In this document: piece after piece, positions 10,290-23,309 of the stretch
Numbering within the stretch: position 1 is the first letter of the stretch
Layout: the number at the start of each line of letters is the position of its first letter
DNA from: Mytilus edulis
Lineage: Eukaryota
Length of the DNA: 64,000 nt
Reading direction: 5' to 3'
Assembly: GCF_963676685.1 (NCBI RefSeq)
Contig: NC_092352.1
Location: forward strand, 25,172,001 to 25,236,000
Translations under genes and position numbers: made by a program
The notes under the pieces: model-generated
Told to the model about the DNA's origin: nothing
Seen by the model: only the letters and a program-made list of their open reading frames with translations
The model's database searches: none

Positions 10290-13200
10290 ATAGTGTGGGA
10301 ACGGAACTGTACGAGTTTCTAATAATTTGGCCATTCGGGAGACTGTTAAGCGGGGCTCCGACATTTGCAAATTAACAAGTTGCATGATGATAACTTTGAC
10401 GAACTCTAATGTTACTATACATGTATAACGTTTCCGTTTCACGTTTTGGTAGCTAAAACATTCTTTATGTAAATATTAACCAATAAAGTAATGAGAAAAA
10501 TATATGCATCCAAACGTTTTCCTTAGAATGGTGGAGCTCCGTGTAAACCGATCAAACTGTCTTACAACAGCGATCAATAAAAAATGTTCAATAAAACACC
10601 GAAAAACCCATCGTAGCTACCAGAATTTTCTCATGTACCCTTTCTGATATATAGTCTTACCTGTCTGAAAGTTTCAAAGCCATTGTCCCAGTAGAAATCT
10701 AAATATATTCATTTTCTCCATGTCGGATATTTTTATTGACGGTACAATCACTCGGAGCCTTCCTGTACAATCACTTGGAGCTTTCCTATACAATCGGTTG
10801 GCCTAATTTATTAAATGTGCATTGCATATACATTGCAGTGGTTATTCCTTGTCTGTCCTATTATATTCACCTATGGTATTTGAAATGAAAATATGCACAA
10901 AACCAGTCATTTTGACAATTAAGATTCTATCAAGGAACCCTTTTAAAGTGACTATATCAGAGAAAAAAACATACTTTGTATAATAAATAAAAAAGAAGAT
11001 GTGTATGATTGCCAAAGAAACAACTCTCCACAACAGACCAAAATGACACAGAAATTAACAACTATAGGTCACCGTACGGCCGTCAACAATGAGCAAAGCC
11101 CATACCGCATAGTCAGCTATAAAAGGCCCGAAATAACAATTTAACAAGATAATTAACAGCCTAATTTATGTACAAAAAATGAACGAAAAACAAATATGTA
11201 ACACATAACCAAACAACCACTGAGTAACTATACAAGACAAAATAAAAAGGATAGTACAAAATATGCTAAGAAATCACTAATCTAAAATAAAAATGAAAAT
11301 AATCCTCGCATGTGCAAAATAAAAATATTGGATTTAGAGCATGGGTTTATTCATAAAGCCAAAGAAGCAGGTCATATTAGAATTTCCCGTAAAATTAAAT
11401 TTTATCAAGGATGGGAGAGGACTTGTTATCTGAAAGACAGAGAAAACACAAAATCCTTTTTGATCAGTGGCACGCTCCAGGAACACTCAATATTCCTAAC
11501 TATAACATCCGATGAACGAACGAAACAGTTGGGTTTTTTTTTTAGTGAGAACAACATTATATCAAACCACATTTATATCTTCAATATAAAAATAACGAGA
11601 TGTGACATGATTGTCAAAGTTAAAAAATAAATAGATTTAAGCAATTATAGTCGGCTGTAAAAGGTCCCGACATGAAAAATAAGAAACAATACATTTCGAA
11701 AACTGGCGGCCTAATTTATAATAAAACAATTTACGAAAAACATAGAATGAAATTCAAAACAGTGTGGCTGTGGCCATTGATTGACACATTAAATTCATCC
11801 ATTGACTGGGACAATTTACGTGAACGTTTGTCTGTAACGACCACTGTTCACGACGTACCTACGATAGACATTTAAACTGTGGGGTCACCAAAGGTTTCTT
11901 AACGCCTTTAATTATAAAATAATTCGAAAAATTAATCAGGAATAACCTTTATGTTTTGATTTATATAATTGATATAAGTCAAAACATCGCGTTATTTCTG
12001 ATTAATTTTTCGAATTACTTTATTAAGGTGTTGAGAACCTTTGGTGACCCCATAGTTTAAGTGTCTTTAAAAAGTACATAGTGAGAAGTGGTCGTTACAT
12101 ACAAACGTTCACCTAAATTGTCCCAGTCAATGGATGAATTTAATGTGTCAATCAATGGCCACAGCCACACTGTTTTGAATTTAATTCTATATGACAGACA
12201 TGAACCAACGACAACCACTGAACTACGGGCTCTTGGCTTGGAACAGGTACATAAAGATTTTGGCGGGTTTAAACATGTCTGTGTGCGCTCATTTCTCCCC
12301 AAAACTAGCACAACACAAGAAAAACTATAAAAAAAAACACAATTGAATGATAGGATCATCATTTAATAGTTAATACTATCATGGACCATATCAGACACGG
12401 TGAGGATCCAGTCTTTCTGAAAAATGGGGGATCCAAACCACGGAACACCTTGACACGTCCACTAGAGAGTTATAATTAGTCATATGCCACTAGAAACTAT
12501 TACAGTAAAATGCAATGTGTGTGTAGGTAATGGTAATACCTTTGACTAGTTTGCTTGCTAGCTGGACCGGGAAGTCATCATAAGGTAAAAAGTTAAATCA
12601 CAAAAATACTGAACTCACAGGAAAATCTAATCGGAAAGTCTATAATCACATGGCAAAATCAAATGACAAAACATCAAAAACGAATGGACAAGAACTGTCA
12701 TATTATTCTTGACTTGGTACAGGCATTTTCAAATGTAGAAAATTGTGGATTAAACCTGGTTTTAAAGCGCTAAACCTCCCAATTTTATGACGGTCTCAGC
12801 AAATCCGTTATATTTACAAAGATGCATGAACTACACAGACATAATAAATAAAATAGTCAAAATATTGGTACAGCAGTCATCCTCGTGTAACAATTGTAAA
12901 AGGAACAATAAAACAGAACACAAAAAACATCTATCTACACACGCATTCATTGATTCGCGTGTCTGACGTCAGAAAAATGTATACGTCACATATAATTGTC
13001 GTTCAATGTATATGTTGTGTACAAGTTGTAATGTTGTACAAATTATAATTTGTACAGATATTTTGTACAAGTTATCAGTGTTTTATGAACTGCGCATGCT
13101 TAACACAAATGGATGATTCAAGCACACAGTCTTAAAATTTCACATGGGCAATGTTAGCATACAGGGTTGAAAAATCAAAAGTATGGAGAATAAATTTCAG

Positions 13201-13790
13201 GAATAGACTGAGATTTGAAATAGTCCAAAAGTAGATAACCCTCCTTTCAGAGTAGTCTGGTTGGCCAAACGTTGAACAGTAAAGCTCCAAGTGATTGTAC
13301 AGCAAACTGGCAAGCGATTGTACAGTCAATAAAATATCCGACATGGAGAAAATGAATATATTTATATTTCTACTGAAACAATGGCTTTGAAACTTTCAGA
13401 AAGGTAAGACTATATATCAGAAAGGGTACATGTGAAAATTCTGGTAGCAACGATTGGCTTTTCGATGTTTTATTTGAAATTTTTGATCGCACCTGGTGAA
13501 TCGTTTTACACGAAGCTCCACCTCCACTATTCTAAGGAAAACGTTTGGATGCATATATATTTCTCATTACTTTATTGGTTAATATTTACATAAAGAATGT
13601 TTTAGCTACCAAAGCAGAAACGTTATATAGTAACATTAGAGACTTAAAGTCCTCTTTCTGACCAAGTTCGTCAAAGATATCATCAAGCAACTTGTTATTT
13701 TGCAAATGTCGGAGCCCCGCTTGCCAGTATCTCGAATGACCAAATTATTAAAAACTGTACAGCTTCGTTCCCAAACTGTGATAATATATG
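10290..13790. mobile_element. Long inverted-repeat pair (about 450 bp: 10290-10740 and 13330-13790) enclosing nested repeats; probable old non-autonomous DNA transposon
   Basis: For example GCGGGGCTCCGACATTTGCAAA versus TTTGCAAATGTCGGAGCCCCGC, and CATGTACCCTTTCTGATATATAGTCTTACC versus its reverse complement. Confidence 0.75.
11743..12189. mobile_element. Palindromic MITE (TAG...CTA termini) inserted in an older repeat
   Basis: TAGAATGAAATTCAAAACAGTGTGGCTGTGGCC... / ...GGCCACAGCCACACTGTTTTGAATTTAATTCTA; near-perfect hairpin over its whole length. Confidence 0.85.
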
Positions 13791-14578
13791 CTAAAATTCT
13801 ATATCTGCCCCTCAGGCAAACAACATTGATTAACCATCCTTTTACTTGTAACAACACTGAAGTTTCATGTTGATTAATGTAACTGTTGAACAATGATTGT
13901 GAATGCGAATTATTACCACTCAGGTTTAAAATAGTATTGGCTGACTGTGTTTTTTGAACTTATATTGTTGTTTTTTTTATATCTTTTTCCTCTGTTTGTT
14001 TGTGTATTTTAATTTGCTTTAGGTTATTTCAGATATTTTTAATTTTGTGCACGAAGGGATTAGAATAAAGACAGTCCCTGATTTCATGCAGAGAAGAAAC
14101 CTAAAATTAAGCATTTCCCAAGATTGATTGGAAAAAAAGAAATATTGTTACGTTGGTTTTCTTTTGACCGCCATTTTAACCTTTTCAAGTATGGCTTGGA
14201 TGTGTGGACATTTTTAGACACGTTCGGTCAGAACGAGGACTTTAAGTCTCTACACTCAAAAATACCATTTTTTTCCAGTGACAGTCAAAATTACCACCTC
14301 CCCTTCCCCCCTTTCTTTTGTCGTTTAAGCTTGCTGAACATATTTTTTGTAAGTTTGTCATTTGAATACATTGAGTCAACTATATCTTAAACGATGATAA
14401 AATTTGAAAAGCACCTATAACATTAACTATGACAGTCTCTCTCGAAGCATGAACACACAAAAAACGCACCATAAATAACAAGATTTCGAATGGGTATTAC
14501 TATATTCGGATGAGTGAATTTCGTCTTTTGAAACATTTTATGGCTTTTACAAGTATATAAAGATTTATACCAACATAC

Positions 14579-15190
14579 TTGTGGACTTGTCATATCGATC
14601 TGCTTTATCTTTGAGTCTTCAATTGTGCTAATTCTGACCAAGCCAATGTCATGCTGTGTTGCTCCTAACTTCTGGAGATTTGGTGATAAGGTAGCCCACA
14701 TCTTTTCAAAGTCATTTGCTCTTATACGTTGGTCTGTGTAGTCAAGCTTCAACTTTGTATGGACTTTTAGAATGATATCGACAGATTCTAATATGTCTGC
14801 GTTCAAAATTTCGAATTGCCGAAATAAGAAGGCAAGTTGTGGCATCTCCAGATCTGGAGACATAATGCGCTTGGCAATAATGTGACATAGACATGGGTGA
14901 ACATTACAATGCGAGTTTATCTTGTAACCGTAATCATAATAAGCATCAAGCTTGTCACGGCTGATTGGACGGTTTTTGGATTTGGTGCAGTCTTTCACAT
15001 TTTCACAGCACTCTTTGTCGTTCCAGTACAAATGCATAATTGTATGCTTGATATTTGTATTGTTGAGAAATTTCTCCAACGACTGGTTTGTTCTGTGGAG
15101 ATAATTTTCCATCAGTTTATCAATTGTTGGTTCGGCAATTTTGTGGAAGAGATTATTTATACGAAGGTAATTGTCACGTTGTGTAGCCAT
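14579..15190 (-). CDS. HEPN (DZIP3-type)-like protein, copy 1, main exon (204 codons), catalytic motif absent
   Basis: Acceptor TTACTTTACAG| 8 nt before the ATG; donor CAA|GTATGT, phase 0. The pattern NYLRI..LF...FL...H.I.H...CC...C...C...CLC...FEKMWATL...L.KLG matches copies 2-4 and the DZIP3-like HEPN layout. The RxxxxH position reads HTKLKL. Confidence 0.8.
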
Positions 15191-16536
15191 CTTTGAATCT
15201 GTAAAGTAATAGTTATAGAGAATGTATATGTGATAACATCAAATTAAGAATGGAAATTTGGAATGTGTCAAAAGGACAACAACCCGACCAAAGAGAAGAA
15301 AACAGCCGAAGAATACCAATGGGTCTTTAACAAAGTCTGAAATTCAGAATACATATTAGTACTATTTACGACGAAATTACTAGTAGCAGTATATAAATAC
15401 TCCGTGAGTAACACTGGAGACCAAATATTTCTAAAATTTACAGCTACGAAAATCTATTCCTGGGATAAAAAACCCTAAGTATTCCGAAAAAACTCATAGT
15501 AATAAAATTGAGAAAGGAAATGGGGAATGTGTCAAAAAGAGACAACAACCCGACCAAGGAGCAGAAAACAGCCGAAGGCCACCTATGGGTCTTCAACACA
15601 GCGACAAAATCCCGCACTCGGAAGCGTGCTCCAGCTGGCCCGTAAACAAAAATGATTACTAGTTTAGTGATAATGGACGTCATACTAAACTCTGAAATAT
15701 ATAAATAAACTAATTAAAATTAAATATTATACAAGACTTGACAGGCCAGAGGGTCCTGACTTTGGACAGGCGCAACAATCGGCAGAATTATAACTTAAAA
15801 TATATAATGTATACTTACTTTTTGTTTTATTTTTGTTTTAAATCTATGTTTCGAAACTCTCCATTTTACTTTATTATGACATGTACTATTAGTCAAGCCT
15901 TATGAATCGTGATTATTGTTTCTCAATAAGATCAACGAATCGTTGAATGCACACAAACTTAACAAATATCTTATATCTGAATAGTTTATTTTAAATGTAA
16001 TGAAATTAAGTTTTAATTATAAACATTAAGTGCTTCAACTCTTTAAAACAAATAACATTGTCACATAATAATAGAATGCATTGACATCCATTATATTTGA
16101 CATTCTCTCATATATACGTACGTATGTTCACACAAAATCGAAGAGTATAATTGTACTGACTGTATATTTATGTTTCACGTCGAATTGTTGTGTATTTAGT
16201 TCAGATGACGTCTACCGTTGTTATTACCAATAGTAGCTCAGAAAAGTATAAAACACTAAATGCTGACCATATCGAAGGACTTTAGATCAAAAAGTAAATG
16301 TCACAGATTTTAGTGAAATGTGCATGCAACTTTGGCATGTTGAAGTTTAACATTTGTATAAATGTACGTAATAGATCTAAAACTTAGATGATTCAAATTT
16401 ATATTCAGACTTTAATCAACAATTGATATGTTTTTGTCAGATATAATTCAGTTTTAATAATGTAAATCAATTGTAAGTAGCAGACTTTAATGGAAATTTT
16501 TGTTTTGTTTTTGGTTGTTGTTGGGGGGTGGTTTTT

Positions 16537-16570
<34 letters not shown>

Positions 16571-17799
16571 TTATGATATAAATCGTTTAATATAATGTTT
16601 CTAGTTCAAAATGCCACACATGTGAAGCCATACAACGAAAAAACCCAGAGTCATTCACATCATTATTATGTTTATATATAATCCAAACGGAAATTTATGA
16701 CGCAACAACATATACATTTATAAAAAAATATATGCATTGGTTTATGATTATTTTTAGAAACTTTTTCACTATTTTAAAGGGGCACTAGCTGTCAAAATCA
16801 TATTCACCGATTTCACTCAAATGCTCATATTTGATTTATAACAAGCAATGTTTGTTATAAATCACGTCAGTAACGAAGAACTGAATACTAAGCTGATGAT
16901 ACCCTCGGGGACTGATAGTCCACCAGAAGGAGAATCAACCCACTGCTGTTAAAAATGAAAACAACAGAGTATAAAGTGTATGCGTTCAAAGCGCTTTTCT
17001 AGATTCGCTTTCATCAGAAATGCTCAAAGCTGAATATTTTAAAGCCAAGAATAAGAACCGAAACAGTTGAAAAAACTTTATGACCAAAAAAGAGCCTGAC
17101 AATAATAGCCAATTCCATCTAAGAATATGTTTGGAAACGGGGAAACAAAACATTAGTTTCTTAGGACCACTATGATTTATTTTATTATGTGAGAATTTTC
17201 ATACACAGTTTTCCATCCTGGCCGTGACGTGTTTTACAACCAGAAAGTTCACATCCCCGTTATAAAACATACGAACACACACTTAATTACCCCATTCTCT
17301 CATCCTCAAATATAAAAATGCAATATATAAAAACAATTAAATACAAAATAAGGGATAAGGTCACCCCAGATGCCGAACACATGAAATGACAAAGAACAGG
17401 AAACAGTGAAGGACATACTGCAGTAGGAAAACCAGGACTGATTCAAACACAGGACTGAATTAAACACAGAAACATTTTGCAAGCAGAGAAAACTATGCAC
17501 CTTATAATCTGCATGATTTTATCAGATGACAAAAAAGAATACTAAAAATCCAAGCTAAGAATAAGGCGAAGAAGCTTTTATTCAGCCGAGGGTGTTGCGA
17601 ATGTGTTCTAGTATATATATAATCATATGATTTTCGTTCGCGTCACGGTGCTTCTGGAATTCCCTTCATCGTGTTTGCGCTTAACCCTTATTATGGAAAG
17701 CGTGATGTTCAACTTTACCTCAAGGAGTTTTAGTTGGAAATGCAGAGACAACAAATACAGGGTGTTAATTTCTAATATATAGTGGGCACTGAGTCTGTC

Positions 17800-17985
17800 T
17801 CAGGCATAGATTACCTAAGCCGTATTTGGCAGAACTTTTTGGAATTTTGGATCCTCAATGCTCTTCAACTTTGTACTTGTTTGGCTTTATAAATATTTTG
17901 ATTTGAGCGTCACTGATGAATCTTTATGTAGACGAAACGCGCGTCTGGCGTACTAAATTATAATCCTGGTACCTTTGATAACTAT
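17800..17985 (+). mobile_element. Hammerhead-ribozyme-bearing short repeat (retrozyme or PLE pseudo-LTR type); HHR variant at 17905-17951
   Basis: CGTCA-CTGATGA-ATCT-TTATGT-AGAC-GAAA-CGCGCGTC-TGGCG. The first pair of stem II is mismatched. Confidence 0.8.
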
Positions 17986-18409
17986 CATATACATAAATAA
18001 ATAGGTAAGAGGATCACAGTTGACTCCAATTTGAATGCCGATTATTTGTTAAAATCACGTCCTTCCTACGTAACATATATGTTGTCAATATAAAAAAGAT
18101 CGATCATGCTGATGATGTCAGGCTTAGAGAAGGCTATGTTTGAATCAGAGTTGTTTTTACAAGGTGTCATTCCTATTTTGATTGGTCAGTACCCTGCGCT
18201 TCGGCACTAACTTTATTTATACAACACCTTTAAAAATTTTACGTTCAAAAGAGTAGAAATTATCATGAAACTTAATAATTTATTCAAAGCATATATTATT
18301 ACGAATCTTTGACAACTAAAAATATTGCTATATACTTCTTGCACATTTTTGAATAACATATGATTACCACAAATAATCATTGCACTATTCATCTTGCTGA
18401 CTTTTATTC

Positions 18410-18495
18410 AATCTTATTAAAATATTGATCTCTGATTTCGTTATACCGCTCATATGCAGTATAACGAAATCAGAGATCAATATTTTGATTAGATT
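18410..18495. mobile_element. Short hairpin MITE remnant
   Basis: AAAATATTGATCTCTGATTTCGTTATAC...GTATAACGAAATCAGAGATCAATATTTT perfect inverted repeat. Confidence 0.7.
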
Positions 18496-19410
18496 GACTT
18501 TTATTTATTTGGTTTTTTTTTTTTTATTTTATGTTTTTGTCATTGATAAAGCATTGTCTTAATTTTTTAATATAAATTATTTTAATTTTTGTCAGTCGGA
18601 TATTTCAATGTCTATCAATTTTCTCTTTTTTTTCAATCCATTTCTAGTTGTATTATCCCAGATCTGTATATGAATATATGTATGACGTCTGACTATCTTC
18701 AAGCAATTGATAACCGGCAATTTTGTCTAAAATAAAGAAGAACAAAAAATCTTTCATATGCAAAATAATTGATGAATTATTCAAAAAGTAAATGAAGGTA
18801 AAAAATGTTTCAAAATATTCCACTAAAAATACTAATCTTTTCGTTTAAAGTATAAATAAAAGCGGAATTTTGAACTAACATTTCGTTAAGAGTAGAAAGT
18901 TTAGTTTAACTTTGTCAAAATAAGCTCTAAAACATCATCACTAATGTATTATTGGCTTGTAAGTGAATAATTCGACCTCATGTGAATCCGTATTCATGTG
19001 AACTTGAATTTAAAACCTTAGCTCGAGATGGATTACTTATTTACTAGGCGTGTTCAGTTATTAAATAGAAACAATTGTTATGAGTGAAATAAGGGTGAAT
19101 AATGTGTTGATTGATTCGATCCACAAAAAAAGACTAAATTGTAAATATATTTTGTAAAACTGAGAGCGGTCTGCTTGTTTACCGTTAAATATTCCATGCT
19201 GACCTTTATATATCATGTGTTCCTAGTAGGGATCTTACTGAACGTACCCCGCTTCTCTTTTCATTAATGTTTGTTAACTTACCATTAAATGTACAGGACA
19301 AGTACAACAATGATTCCTACAGGTATGGCTAGAATGATCAATACCTTTGTATGTGTCAAGGAAATAATCAACAAATTGTATGAAATGATAGTCACAGGGA
19401 AACTACATAC

Positions 19411-19471
19411 AGATAGCAACCAATATTCTCAATAAAACATTCCGTCTAATAGTTTGTACACTTTATATTAT
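19411..19471 (-). pseudogene. Degenerate TM-exon homologue of HEPN-like copy 2 (stop at codon 3)
   Basis: Acceptor TCTTTACAG| and donor T|GTATGT, phase 0 to 1 as in copies 3 and 4. Reads II*SVQTIRRNVLLRILVAI. A following acceptor at 18727 starts sequence similar to the last exons of copies 3 and 4. Confidence 0.5.
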
Positions 19472-21129
19472 CTGTAAAGAATACAGCATTAGTTGAAAGT
19501 TTTTTTTAATATAACTCCAGCTTCAACAAAAAGTTTTAAAACTAATTCATTTAACCCATTTTCATTCCGAATTATAAAAAAAAACACAATTAGACCGTGA
19601 AAGATATCAGTGTGTACGCCAGATGCGCGTTTCGTCTACAAAACACTCACCAGTAACGCTTGTCGCAATAAGTTAACATGTAAAATAAAGAACGAATGAA
19701 TCTTTGGGTACGTAAAATTGCTACAAATTTCTCGTACCAGATAATTTATCGATTTCCGTTCTGTACTGTCATCTCTTGATTTCCAATGACTCTTATAAAA
19801 AAAATAAGTATATACACTTATTCAATTTACACACACTTATGAAAAATAAAGCAGCCCATAATGGAAAACTTACAAGTGCTTTCTACGTATAATTTTTACA
19901 TTATATTTTATATTTTTCGACATTTTCCTCCAAATTCATTTGAATGATAACCAAAGGATACGACTAGTGCCATCAGTAGTATTTTACAACATGGACATCT
20001 GCAACCCTGCAAAAAATGAAATAGATAAATTTATTAACCATTCTAATGAGAATAAAAACTCATCAAATATACCAGAATTATAGCTGTGTACGTCAGACGT
20101 GCGTTCAGTCCAGAATAGACTCATCAGTGACTCTCGAAATTTAAGGTAAGAAAATTCCGATAGGTATTGACTGATCTGAGAGATAGAGTCATAAACATAA
20201 ACTGCGTACATGCCCATTCAAGGTGAGGATTGGTTTAATTGCCTTTTCCTTGTTCAAAACCTCGTACGTTACGTTAAAAGTTAGGAAAAATCACCGAATC
20301 TACCCCCGACTAAATCTTAGTTTGAAACTTTAAAAGTTCACTTTATAATGAACAGTGGCAAAACAAAAATCCATGTTTAAACAAAATCATTACCATGTAA
20401 TTATTATATTTGATGTGTAGAACATTGATCATATTCATAAGTAAAAGTTATCTTTTGCAGTAATTACTAAATTTTGTAAAAGTGCAGACATCACCTACTT
20501 ATAAAAGAACAGACTCTATTTGTCTTAGCACTTCAAAGGTTTCTGGTTTATATTATTACTAACACATTTTTTAAATAACAATATATCATTCCCTCATATT
20601 AAGAAGGTGGAATCCTCACTAGAGGGGATGTCTGAGTCAGCTTAAGATGTATAAATGATCATTACTGCATTACAAATTAGACTGGTTGGATTTTCCAGTA
20701 TTCTATACACTCTTTAGATTAAAACACCAATGCTACATTTCACATAATGGATGTTAAGTAGCATTAGTGAAAGAAAAACTTCCATGATGCCCTTTTCACT
20801 GAAGGTTGTTAAACTCTTCTGCACATCATTTAAACTCTTATCTATTGAAATATGCCAATTATTTTTTTCACTTGAATTTTAGAAGTCATCATTCAGTAAA
20901 GCCACCTTTATTTGCATTACTAACTTCGGCCAAAAGGAATAGAAAAACCTTTAAAAAATGTGTCTGCCTATCATGAAAGTTTTTTTTTTTTAAATCGGCC
21001 TCTACGATCAGTGGTCAAAGATGTGGGTTGAACGTCTTGTTTCAGTATTTCATTTTTAAACTAGCTTCCATAAAGATATCAAGAGGAATTAGGATGACAA
21101 TTTCTTACTCGTATCTTTTCTCTTTCTAT

Positions 21130-21500
21130 CCCATCGAACAAGAGATAAAGGATACAACAGATACAGTTAAGTCGGCCTTATATCTTGACTTACATCTAGA
21201 AATTGACAATGAAGGTCGGTTGAAAACAAAACTTTACGACAAAAGAGATGATTTCAGCTATCCAATTGTGAACTTTTCATTTCTAAGTAGCAACATCCAG
21301 CATCACCTACATACGGGGTATATATCTCCCAATTGATACGATATTTCCTATCATGATTTTCTTGATAGAGGGTTGCTGCTAACAAGGAAGCTATTAAACC
21401 AAGAGTTCCAAATGGTGAAGTTGAAATCATCACAGGCGTTGTCAGTTTGTTTTCGATTTATGAGTTTGACTGTCCCTCTGGTTTCTTTCGTCCTTCTTTT
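21130..21500 (+). mobile_element. Penelope-like RT C-terminal fragment in the intron of copy 2
   Basis: YPIEQEIKDTTDTVKSALYLDLHLEIDNEGRLKTKLYDKRDDFSYPIVNFSFLSSNI. Confidence 0.85.
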
Positions 21501-21666
21501 AATATCGTATTTATCTGGGATACTCACAGAATAATTACAACATAGCAGATAAGAATGATGTTTGGTTTTATAATTCATTTGTATAACGGTTTTGAAAATT
21601 GCGACGGCAAAATATTTTCAACTTTTTTTATTCACAAATTTGATGAAAATATTTAAAGTATATTAC

Positions 21667-22257
21667 CCTGTCATCCAAAGCAGTAGGAGTAGGTGTGCGG
21701 TTTACTCTTATTTTCTTTATTCTATCTATTTGCTGCTGTGTCACACCTAGGACCATCAAACTGTCTGTAGTGGTATTCCATTTGGTCTGAAATTCACTGT
21801 ACGGAACTATTCCTGTTCTTATGTCCTGCATCTCCTGATTGAACACATTCAGTCTCTTCAATGCTTCCATGTTCAACCCATTTAACATTGAGAATTCGAT
21901 TATAAGGAAGCATATAACATTCAGATTAAGATTCCGAAATTTTTTGCATGTTGTAACAACATTACAAATACAAACTGGCTTCGTGCAAACATTTTTTTCT
22001 TCGTCTTTATACAAGAAGCTCCATTGCCTTTGGGTCAGAGTTGCCTTTATTGGGTATGTACAGTTAGCATGCAATGAACAGCATGGCGATTTGACACGAA
22101 AACAGTGTACGATGCGATGTTTGTTTGTTTCTAGAAATTGGTAGATCGATACTTTATTTGCTCGCAGATGGTTGTCCAGAATTTTTTCACACGTTGGATA
22201 TACTAAACGAGTTAGAAGTTCATTCAGACGCTCGTAATTTTCCGTTCCTGATGACAT
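21667..22257 (-). CDS. HEPN (DZIP3-type)-like protein, copy 2, main exon (197 codons)
   Basis: Likely start MSSGTENYERL, with acceptor ...CAAAG|AAAG ATG; donor AGG|GTAATA, phase 0. About 76% identical to copy 3 by manual count. The RxxxxH position reads NQEMQD. Confidence 0.85.
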
Positions 22258-22932
22258 CTTTCTTTGAATCGAAAAAAAGAACATAAAACAATAATTACAT
22301 AAGTATGGGTATTGCATTTATACTGTAAAAAATAGCTCTTTTAAAACTATTATATATACTGCAAATAATGAGTTTAGACTTATGTTAACTATTAGTATGT
22401 ATGAGTGTTTTCTATGTTAAACAAACGGAAGCAAAATGTATAACTTACAGGGTTATTTTCTGTAATGGTCTCATACTAATTTCACTTTCAGTATTGCACA
22501 AGATTGTGGCTTCCTGTACCGATCGAGATATTAAGTTTAAAAAAATGTAAAAAACGGCATATCTTTATCAGCAGATTATCTCCCTTGAGTTTTATTTCAA
22601 ACAATGCAAAAATTCATGATACGGTTAAGTCCTTTTTCCAAACTATACATTTTGTAATTCCACTGCTCAAAATTAGAAGGAAGATGTTTGTGCTAAAAAT
22701 TGTTTAAGCAAGTCATATGTGTATGTGTCTATTTTCTATATATAAAATCTCGATATTGGTTGTCTTAGTCGTTATTTAGTAGGTTTTGTTTGTCATTAAA
22801 ACATTTTGGCTGATGATAAATGTTTGATAGTCTGTAAAACTCGTTCAATTTATCCGTTAATTCATATTTTAAATCATATGTTACTTTGAAATTGTACAAT
22901 ATATTAATATATATATTTTTGAAAAAACATAC

Positions 22933-23065
22933 CTTTTATAATTTGGTCAATATTTCAAAAACATTAAAATTACCTGATATTATAAATAACTTGACCTTTT
23001 TCATTTCGGTTATATGTGTGTTAGACTTACCAAGCGATCCATATTAGTGAATCTTTATTGTTTTC
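22933..23065 (-). promoter_or_regulatory. Putative promoter and short non-coding first exon of copy 2
   Basis: Donor AAG|GTATGT at 22932, TATA-like TATTTATAA at about 22980-22988, AAAGGTCA at 22992-22999. The block is conserved at 34525-34655 and 63202-63340. Confidence 0.5.
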
Positions 23066-23272
23066 ATTGTTGTACTTAAATTTGTACACTCAGAATAAAG
23101 TTAAATTAATTTGGCGTAACAGTGCATTGTCATATCGTTATTTCGACTTCGTTACTGTTTACTTGTGTTTACTTTTAGTATATGTCTCTATTAAAATCGA
23201 ATGTGGTATGCAAATGGGCGATCTCACGAATATTATGAAAACAACCATAGCATATGGAAATGCATTAGAAAA

Positions 23273-23309
<37 letters not shown>

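Noticed and set aside
11672-12362. Paired ORFs sharing KFKTVWLWPLIDTLNSSIDWDNL on opposite strands
   Set aside because: A product of the palindromic MITE, not duplicated genes.
21839-22144. Conserved-looking plus-strand ORFs (also 33571-33876, 14897-15196 and 53538-53888)
   Set aside because: Antisense shadows of real minus-strand exons; their similarity follows from paralogy of the sense genes.
21628-22317. ORF-track ends of the HEPN-like and P450 ORFs (for example MQYPYLC..., ...VIYFKYFHQICE, 47236-47985 and 53342-53869 extensions)
   Set aside because: These are read-through into introns. Consensus splice sites and paralogue comparison define shorter exons.
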